The position numbers were made by a program, and so were the translations under genes. Source: Blastocladiella emersonii ATCC 22665 (taxonomy: Eukaryota; Fungi; Blastocladiomycota). From it: a DNA stretch of 64,000 bases. The number at the start of each line of letters is the position of its first letter. Positions within the stretch are counted from its first letter, which is position 1. Below, piece by piece: positions 54,891 through 64,000 of this stretch. The notes under the pieces were generated by a model that saw only the letters and a list, made by a program, of their open reading frames with translations, ran no database searches and was not told where the DNA came from. The stretch is from the NCBI GenBank assembly GCA_025594325.1, contig JANHCV010000014.1, positions 1,116,001 through 1,180,000 of the forward strand, in the 5' to 3' direction.

Positions 54891-56950
54891 CTAGAGCAGC
54901 GACCGCGTCTCCGACATCGCGCTGCTCGCGGACGTGGCCACCGGCTTGGGCGCCTCCGCGATCGTCACGGCGCAGTCCGTCAGCACCATGATGTCGATCT
55001 GGTCAATGAACGGCCGGAACATGAGCTGCGCGCCGACTTTTCCGTTGGCCGGGTGCCGCGACGCAACCCGCCGGACTGCCAGCGTACCCAAAATCTTGAG
55101 GCAGAGGATACCCCCGCCCAAAAACTACGCGACGATGTAGCCAGTGTGAGAGATCGTAGGCGAAAGAGACATCGTCAAAAAACTGTCCCGTCCGCGCTTT
55201 CGATCCAGTGTAGTCGACCGAGTTGCAGTACGAGAAGCCCTCGGCCGACACTAGCAGCGAGTACTGGAGTCGGAAGACGTGCCACCCGCCGAACCGGCGC
55301 GCGTCGGTGGGTGCTTGGGGACACGGTCGCCGTCGACTGCGTGATGAACGTGGCGTTGAGCGACAAGTTACGCATGGTGCCCGTGAACGGCGGGTCGCCG
55401 CTGCTCACGTCGTCGCTGTCGTACCGGATGAACAGGACGTTGTCGGGCGCGTTGATGAAGGCGTCGAACTCGATGACCGCCAGACCCGCGGTCCGGCCCG
55501 TCTTGGGCGCGCCGAGCGTCAGCGGGACGCGCGCTGGGCACGACGCTATCGAGGTGACGGCCGAGCACCCGTACACGCACGCGTCGCCGCACCACCCGCA
55601 CCCGGGCTTGGCCCCGCAGTCGGCGCAGTCGTTAGACCGCGCGCACCACGTCCGGGCGCAGCGCGCCGCCCGTGCTGTCGCGTTGGCCGCCGGCAGTGCG
55701 ATGCGCGCGCGAGCCACGTCCGACTGCGACACGCCGTTGAACCCGCCGGCGATCACCAGCTCGACGTCGCCGCGCCGTACCGCGGCGTGGCCCATGCGGT
55801 GCCGTCCGGGTAGCGACGTCGCGTGGACCATGGCCCAGCAGTCAAGGTCTACGATGTGCAGCACGTCCGTGTAGCACGTGCGGACCGTCGAGGACGGCGT
55901 CACGGACTTGATCTGCCCGCCGAAGAGCACCGCGTAGTTGTTGCCAAACAGCATCGCGGACCGGTACAGGCGCGGGTCGATGACGGTGGCCGAGTCGAGG
56001 GGCGAGGTCAGGCTGTCGATGGGATCAAAGAACCACGTGTCGGTCGGGACATGGTAGCTCTGCACGGCGTACTCAGTGAAGCCGTGGATGATCCGTGACG
56101 CGGGCCGCGAGACAGCCGAGGCGGCGACCGCGGCCGACGTCGAGATGGTCGGTTGCGAGCTGCTGTTGCGCTGAGACCACACGAGCGTGCTTATTGTGTG
56201 AGGGTACGGCATCATTAAACAGAGCATTGGAAGGACGAAAGGCCATACGCGTGTCAAACTCGAACATGAGCCGCGAGTAAGAGTAGTAGCCCGACTGCAG
56301 CGTGAGCCCGCCAATGACAATGATCTTGCCGAGATCGTCGGCCGCGACCACCGTCGGCCAGTACAGGGGCGGCGGCGTCACGGCCACGGTGCCGGAAGGT
56401 CCCGGCCGCGGCGTGATGCGCGACCACTGCAGCGAACCGGAATCCGAACCCGACGAGAGTTGCCACAGGTCCGTGGTCGCACCCTGGTTGCCGATCCCGC
56501 CGTACAGGTATATTGTCGAGTTGAAGGCGACGAGGCCGTGCGAGTAGCGGTCCAACGGGCCGGGCAAAGTCGCTGGGACGGTGGTCCATGTTCTCGGGTC
56601 TAAGAGAGAGAGGTGAGAGAGGTTGGTGGGAAATCTCGGCGCGGCAGGAGCAAAGACGGACCAAAGTTGTACTAAAGCGTGTCGAATGGGAGGACCTGGT
56701 TGTCGCGCTGCCCGCTGGCAAGGACCGTTGCGTTGGCATCGGCGAGGTACGCAGCGGCGAGTTTTGCGCGCGGAACAAACGTCGCGAAGCTCAAAGGAGT
56801 GCGGTACGACGAAGTGGTATGGCACGTGTAGGCGACGACCGCGGTGAAGGGGATGTGCACGGCGGCTCCCGCCACAGTGCCGATGCGGTCGGGGCTCGAG
56901 ATCAGGTTTTGGCCCGCATTATCACAGTTGAGTTCGTCCGGGCAACACAA
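54891..56950 (-). pseudogene. Attractin/MEGF8-like Kelch-PSI-TM gene (copy 2)
   Basis: Mirror of 30906-32883. The tail reads LMFRPFIDQ...EAPKPVA and shares the frameshift seen in copy 1. Confidence 0.6.
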
Positions 56951-59900
56951 GAGAGGCAGGGGACGAGCGAGCGACGGGAAGGCGGGCGCGGCCGCGGCCG
57001 CCGGTCATTTCATTGGGGGTCGCCGAAGGTCAAGTCGGACCAGTCCGGCCGTGATACATGAATTGCGGCAAGTCGCAGAACTTGACAGGACCGATTGAGA
57101 GCACCAGCAGGGGAGGGAGGAAGGACAAGTCGAGGCCGAGACGCGCCGGCGCGCGACCCCAGCGCGACCCCCTTCCGGCGCCACGTGCGGCTGAAACGCG
57201 ACGCGCTTCGAGGCGCGTACTGTGTGCGGACAGCCTCCCGCTCGAGGCCGCTCCCGCCCCCGCCCTCACTCCCCGAGCACCCGGCACCGCTGTCCACGCA
57301 CACTGCACCGCAACACCCCCACTCTATGCAATGCAGTTCTTTTCTCGACAGCATCAAATCTATGCAGAGCCATACCTGAAAACCGAACACGCTCGCCACC
57401 GCGTGCCTACCGCCCTTCGACCGAGACCCAACGCGCTGCTCTCGCTCGACACGCTCTCGAAACTCTCGTCGCACTCTCGACACGCTCTCGATGCGGCCTC
57501 GATGAAGGGATACGAGGCTACGATAGCAGTGGTTGGCTGAGCGGTTATGTAAGTTTCCTCGTCGCGTGTGTTGGATTGCGGCGCGCACGCGCGCACGGCG
57601 TGTGTGCCGGTAGCGGACCGAGCGGCCTCCTGGATCGAGCACCCGATGTTCCATTGCTCGGGGATTCCGTCGCCGTCGCCCTCTTGCTCTCGCTCACGCT
57701 CGGCATGCTGAGGCGGCCAATCGACTCAATCGGCTCGGCGGGCTCAATAAGGATGCGTCGCGAGAGCGGTCTGAGCGCAAGCGCGCCGTCGTCGTCGTGA
57801 ATGCCGTGTCGCCGACGATCAGAATTGCTGACACGCGCCCACGCGCTCCCGTTTGAATAGATTATTTCAACTCTCCTCATTCAGTGCCCGTTCATCGCAG
57901 CCAAGCAAGTAACCGGGAACGTGGTCGAGCCGCACGTGTGGACGATCGCCTCGGCCGTGGTCCTTGGCCCACGGCCGCGGCCATGTCCCACGTGTCCGAC
58001 TCGCTGACCAACAACCATGCGTCCGACCAACTGTCCTCATGGTTCTTCACGTCGTGCACGGCGGCGTCAAGTCCGAGTCGTACAGTACAAGTCGGGTCCG
58101 ACCGTGGCCGCGGGCCGCAACGACTCCAAGGTACTTGCCCGCTGCGCGTGCTGTTCTACCTCGATCCCCGAGTTCCGCAAGCTGGGCATGTGGCAGGCTC
58201 GACAAGTTCCACCACGAGTGCCGCCAGTTCAGCGCGACGACATCTTGTCGTACTAAACCCGGCCAAGCCACCACGCCGCCATCTTCATGGCCACGCGGCG
58301 CTTCGGGCATTTTCTCTTCGCCGTTGTCGTCGGTCGTTCGTCGGCTCGATCACCATGAGGCGCGGCGATGCACTAAGAGTGTTTTTGCAGATGTATACAA
58401 TCGCCAATCCGTCACAGCGATATGTTCTTGTTACAACGTGTCTCTCTCCTCAGTATCTGTTGCCCCATCGCCTCGTGTACACGTACAGGCAGTTGTCGTG
58501 TGGCAGGGCCGTGACCTGATCGGCCTCGACCGCAAGCAGGGTGCCGGTGACCATCACCTCGTACAGCCAGCGCAGCAGCTTCTTGATGACCTCGACTTCA
58601 ACGTCGACGTCGAGCTCGAGGCACAGCTACGGCGGCTCTATCAAAGGATTGGTCCGCACGATGGGAGAGACACGTCAAGTTGCTGAGGTGCGACGTCTTG
58701 ATCTGGCCCTTGACGACGCCCTCCGCGAGCTTGAGGTCGGGGTTCCAGTGCTGGACCATGACCACGGGCGGGATGAAGATGATGCCCTTGTTTGCATTGA
58801 TCAGCCCGTTGAGGATCAGTACGCCGAGCGTCATACTCATGGGCGTGACCTCAGTGGAGCATAACGTCTACAGCGACATTTGGGTACCCGGCTTGCCGAT
58901 CGACAGCGTGCCGATGGCCACGCCGGGTTCGACGACGAGCGCATTGCGGTGCTTGCGCTCCAACGATGAGATGAATAACTCAAGCTGTTTGGACCTGAGG
59001 TGTGCGGCTCGTCCGACATGGATCCGGCGGCGTAGCGGCAAGAAAACCCAGGATCCCCCACTCGCACAGGCGCGCAGGACGGGCCAGGTCAGGCCAGGCT
59101 GAGCCCTAAGACCAGGTTATTCTTTATATTAGCATAGACTGAGAATCTCTAGACAGCGGGTCAGGGGTGCTCTTTGCCTGAGTTTGTTTCTAACCCTCGC
59201 GTGAGCGCGAGCGGAGCGGCAAGGACGGGTGTGCAAACGCGACACGGCTGAGGGATCCCCTGGGGACAGATCGACTACAATCGGTCCAATTCATATCTTG
59301 TCATTATCTCCGAGCTCTGGCTGGTACCCCTCCGCCCTCGCGAACCCTCCTTCCACCTTGACGCAGTGAGCGCTCACTTATTCTTTTGGGATTTGTGTCT
59401 TCATTCTTTTGTCCTTTTCTTACAGATTTCGCGAAATCGCGCTTTGTAAACGACCACGGGAGACAGATAGGAGCAGAGGAAAGACGCGTCGCGAAATTGC
59501 GTGACCAGGCACGTGGGAGATACGAGACGCGTCGCGAGACTTTGTTCATCACCGCCACTCCCTCGCGGGATTCATCATAGTGGAATCCTAGGTAGGATTA
59601 TATTCTCCTATTTCAATCCATAAAATTAGGCGACGAACAACAAATTCGAAAGGGTTTACGCCATCCACGGGTTCGCGCCAGACTCTGGCTCGTTCGCGCG
59701 TGGCGACGGCGACGATAGCCGGTCTTGGTCGATTGCCGCCATGATCGCCACGGTGGCGGGGTCCCAAGCCGCTCGCCGACCTCGCTGCTACACACCGGGA
59801 TCAGCTCGGATGCGTCGCCCTCGCCTCGGCCATGGGTCCCGCGTCCCGCGGACTGCGACATTGTCGACTCAGCGCTTGCGTTGGACCCGCGCCTCGCTCT

Positions 59901-60074
59901 CAAACCTTTCAACGCCCTCCTCGAAGCCGTGCTTCAGCAGAGTCAGCAGCAGAAAATGCAGCAGCTGCAGTCCCTCGCAGCAGCGGCCACCGCCAAGCCC
60001 ACCTCGATCGAGCAGATCCAGTCGGGTCCAGCAGACCAATGGCACTGCTCATATATTCTTGATCATCTCGTGAG

Positions 60075-61206
60075 CTACTCCGTCCCGCTCCGGATCCGAC
60101 CCGCGACAGTCCACCACGGCACCTCGGGAGCGCGCTCGGCGGTGGGGTCCCAATGTTCGTCCTCAATCGGGAAGAGCAGGACATTGGTCTTCGGGGTCAC
60201 CATGAGTAGCGTATTGTCGGGAATCTTGCACCAGTCGGCGCGGTTGAAGGTGAGCGGTTCTGTTCGCGCGTGGGAGAGCGAGTCAGCGCAGTCCGCGGGA
60301 CTCGGTCGAGGAACAATGAACGTACCGCTCGAGATGACGACAATATCCTCGCGCTTGCCCGCCTTGCGCATGTGGTAGTCGCCGTCGGCGTCAGTCGTAA
60401 ACTCGGACCCGCTCGACCAGTACAGCGACGCGGCCTCGCGCGCCGACGTGTTCGTGTAGCGCGTGCACAGGATCGACTGCCCGTCGGTCACGGCAAAGTT
60501 GAGCAGCGACGGCGTGCTGGCGACGCCCGCGGCGACCGAAAGCTCGTTGATGGTGGCGATCGTCTTGAGCAGCGCGTCCTTGAGCTCGTACGGGCTGAAC
60601 CGCGCCCGTGCCGGGTCGCGCAGCAGCGACAGGAACAGCGCAAACGCCCACTCCGAGTCCGTGTTCCCGTGGACCGTGTTGAACAAGTCGTCGGGGATCC
60701 GCGCCTGCAAAGCGCGTTTGATCTTGGCAAAGTGGGCCATGTAGCCGTTGTGCTGGAACAACAGGCTGCCAAACGAAAAAGGGTGGCAGTTCGTCTCCGA
60801 GATTTGGAAGCCGGCCGAGGCCGCGCGCACGTGGCAGAAGACGAGGCCAGAGCGGACGTGGTTGCTTATCCGCGTCAGGCTACACGCACATGTCAGCGCT
60901 ATGCACGAAACGAGCGAGTTTTGAAGAGAAAAGAGCGCACTTTAAGTTGCTCCATGCGGGGAGGGTGGACGTGAACACACACGGCGGTTCGGGGTGCGAC
61001 GACTCCTCGCCCTCGCTGCCCGCGGCGGCCGCGTCGCCGTAGCCGCCGTACCAGCCCACGCCGAAGCCGTCGCCGTTGAGCGGGCGCACCTCGTCGAGGC
61101 GCAGGCGGCAGTCAAAGGACTGGTTGATGATCGAGTGCTGCGGACGCGTGAGGAGGTCCGCGAGCAGGACGGGCGTCTTTGACTTGAAGCAGATCCAGCG
61201 GCACAT
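60075..61206 (-). CDS. DUG3: Class II glutamine amidotransferase (Dug3-type), copy 2
   Basis: Both exon translations are identical to copy 1. Confidence 0.92.
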
Positions 61207-61421
61207 AATAGTTTGCAGTGTGAGGACGTCTTATTCAAGTTACAGTATCAAATGCATGGAGTTTCATTCGTGGGAGGAGAGAGGACCGTCAGTAGGAAGC
61301 TTGTGAAGTGAAGGGCGAAGCCGCGTGGGCGACGCGCCTCGCGCCACCCGCGCTCAAAGTGACGTGATCTCCCAGCGCTGCTGCGCCACCACCCACCCCG
61401 TCTCCGCGTGCTCGCCCACTC

Positions 61422-64000
61422 TCACTCGACGAGCCGCTGGTCGAGGCCTGTGAAGTGCGATAACGCCCGCCGGCCAAAGTGCCCGCGGGCCCATCTCAAA
61501 ACAGCCTGGACCAGGTACGCGGCCACGGCAGGCACGATGCGGGAACCCGCAGTCGTCGCGGCGCTGGACGAAGAGGATGAGGGTGCCGCGGCCATGGTCG
61601 CGAGGTTGAACGTGAGCAGAACGAGGAGCATGACGCGCAGCTCCATGCCCGCCCACATGGTTTCTAGGAAGACGGCGGTATCCTCTAAACAGACGCGTTC
61701 CCACGCATCCAGTGAGTGAGGCGGGGTTCGCGATGGGAGGCGCGTCCGAACGCACCGCGGCAGAAGAGCGAGACGTTGGACTCGGTCTGCGGGTACGATC
61801 CGAGCCATCGGTCGGACCACGTCCGCTGGATGACGCGGTACCGCTGTTCCTTGAGGTTCTACTCGTGCTCCAGGTCAGCGGGCGGCTTGCGTCACGAGAA
61901 TCAAGGTGTAACGTACCTGGTCGAGGAAACGGGTGAAGAATACGTTAAGCGTCTTGTGCCGGCGGCTCGACACGGGTGCGGTCGACACTACCCCGAGCCG
62001 GTCCGTGAACGGCGCCGTAATCCACTTGGTCGCCCCACCACCACCTTGACCCCACGACGACGGGCGGCGAGGAGCAACGGTACCGCGTGTCGATGATAGA
62101 AGCGGTTCAGCAGCATCATCGCCTGACCCAGAGACATGCTCGATGGCGTCAATCGCACGGTGTAGACTCGGTGAGGCAATCACTTCGAACACAACGTCGC
62201 CGCCTGCCGTCAGCCCGCGGCGGCCGACGACGTCCGATGCCTCGCGCCTGAGGTTGCCCACGAGCGACGCCATGTCCGTGTCGGCCTCGGGAAACACGGA
62301 TCGGCCGTGGAGGTAGAAGCCGCGCGGGTCATCGCCGTCGAGCAGAATGAGCGACACGTTGGCGACGGTCAGCAGGTCGACAAAGTCCATGGGCGGGTTG
62401 CTTGCAAACCGCTCAATTGCGAGAGTGACCACGAGGAACTGCGCCGCGGCAAGCCCAAGAAACGCGAGCGACTGCTGCGCGACGGCGACGAACCAGTTGG
62501 GAGCCGCAGGGACGAGGACGGCGACCGCCAGGGCCGTGAGTCCGAGATGAATGCGGCGGTACGTGGCGACCTCGACCAGCTTGCGCGCAACGTGGACGCT
62601 TCGCCAAGCGCTTACCGTGCCTGGGACCGCAAGAGCACCCGCGTTCACGCTGCCGTCGGCGCTGATCCGTGGCTTCTCCCAGTCGACGACGTAGACACGC
62701 GTTTGACACTGTCGGAGCGTGGTGACGGCGACGTGGAAGGTCTGCACGACGGCGGCCGCCACGAGCGCGCCGAAGAACGCGCCCTCGTCGGCCGATCCGG
62801 GCAGCCACATGAACCGCCGCGTCGCCTGGAACGTGTAAAAGACATAAACGTAAATGGCCACGCACAGCGCTGCCGCAGTAACGACGGGCGCCACGACTGC
62901 GGCGAGCGCGTCGACGAGGAGGACCAGCGACCACGCGTCCGTCACAAGATCTTGGCGCCGGTTGCGCTGAGCGCGTGCCGTTGCCCCCGCAAGCCATGTC
63001 GCAACAATGACGCAAGCTGTGATGGGTGCCACGATACCGACGGCTGACCAGAACCGCGCCGTCGACATGATGAAGCGCACCGTGACTGTGGCCGTTGGCG
63101 GCGAGACGGCAAGCGGGGTCAGCGACTCGGCGTGTGTCAGCTTGAGAATGGGATATTGGGTGTCGGATCCGGCCATGGCCGTGGTCAGCGTCGCAGAAGT
63201 GAGCCAGCGGACACCGCCGTTCCCAGAGGAGCGGCCCAGCACGCGGTCGTCGTAGACAAAGAATCGGCGGACACGCTGGCCCCGGGCCACGATGACGGGG
63301 ATAGGCGACCACCGGGGTGCAGCATCCGCAATGTAAACTTCGAAGGTCGCGTCGCGCCACGCTGCCGGATCGATGACACAGGTCAGCGAGGTGCCGCGAC
63401 CAAGAGCGGGAATTGTGACGTTGGAATCGCCCAAACTTGGAGTGCTCGAGACAGAGTTGGGCAGTGTCGAAGGGCTGCAAAGCCGTTGGATCCAGGAGGC
63501 CCAGTCCTCGGCTTGCTCCACGAGTCCGGTCGTCGCCGAGTACCGTACTACGGTTACGTTGAGAGTGCTTGCCGACGATGAGAGCGTCATGGCATCGTCC
63601 TCGGACACGGGCAACATGGCACTCGGCACGGTTGGCGCGCTATTGGCCGAGTACGCGGCACAAATGGGGTGACGCGGGTCGCCGTACACGAGAGCGCACA
63701 AGTTTGCAAGTCGTTGGCATGCAGCAGGCGATATCGTGGCCGTGGTCATCGAGGTAGATGGGGTGGTGGCGCACTGGTAGAGCGCTGGCAAGAACTGTGA
63801 TTTGAGGTAGCTCGATGCCGACGACTGCGCGACAATGCCCCCGGCGTTCGTCGTGACGTTGACGGGCAGCAGATTGAAGTTGGCGTAGGCCGACTCCATG
63901 GACGCGACAAATGTTGAGGGCATGCAAACAGGTGCATCGCCCCCGTCGCTCGCAATGTAACCCGTAGGGCAGGTGCACGAATGCCCGTTTGTCGAGGGCG
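61422..64000 (-). CDS. TMEM67: Meckelin, copy 2 (5' end outside window)
   Basis: The 682-aa ORF 61875..63923 matches copy 1 except for T>M, M>SV, D>A and L>V. Confidence 0.85.

Larger units (their letters stand above)
54888..64000. repeat. Right arm of the large inverted segmental duplication (runs off the window)
   Basis: Reverse complement of 23858-32961, with scattered substitutions and small indels. Confidence 0.95.

Noticed and set aside
46-64000. Hundreds of long Arg/Pro/Ala-rich ORFs in the track, such as 42614..45271 (885 aa) and 2168..3331
   Set aside because: These are shadow frames or antisense of GC3-biased genes, which lack stops because of high GC. Many start at non-ATG codons not used here.
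1-64000. tRNA, rRNA, transposase, reverse transcriptase or tyrosine recombinase (Starship-type) genes
   Set aside because: I recognised no such motifs by eye. tRNAscan-SE, Infernal and TE HMM searches would be needed to exclude degenerate cases.

Overview
Eukaryotic, GC-rich, gene-dense DNA with short GT-AG introns (about 55-110 bp). It most likely comes from a zoosporic (flagellated) fungus, inferred from a meckelin/TMEM67 ciliary gene, fungal-type DUG3 and ZZ/EF-hand genes, and LDWW-type ankyrin repeats. The supplied ORF track ignores splicing and accepts non-ATG starts, so I rebuilt gene models by eye. Conserved genes are NDUFA6, LIP5, a REEP/HVA22 gene, a TMEM198-like gene, a ZZ/EF-hand gene, ARP4, ORC4, TMEM67, DUG3, a GSKIP-like gene, a BTB gene and a RhoGAP-like gene. 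The dominant structure is an inverted duplication of at least 9.1 kb (23858-32961 vs 54888 to the window end, spacer about 21.9 kb). Its arms are near-identical but patchily diverged, and it copies TMEM67, DUG3 and an attractin-like gene. Around it lies duplication debris: three ORC4 remnants, an RPA135 pseudogene fragment, three paralogues of a Kelch-motif membrane gene and a ~0.6 kb direct repeat at the inner junction. The most unusual proteins are (i) a ~1430-aa MLKL-NTD-like/EF-hand/DM9-like/ankyrin protein, (ii) a secreted CBM-like/GH16/PI-PLC-like fusion, (iii) a TKL kinase with a 26-aa LRR solenoid, (iv) a protein with a 14-aa FADPSAF tandem array and (v) two HExxH secreted metalloproteases. 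I recognised no rRNA, tRNA, CRISPR array or transposase. Family assignments rest on recalled motifs, not database searches.
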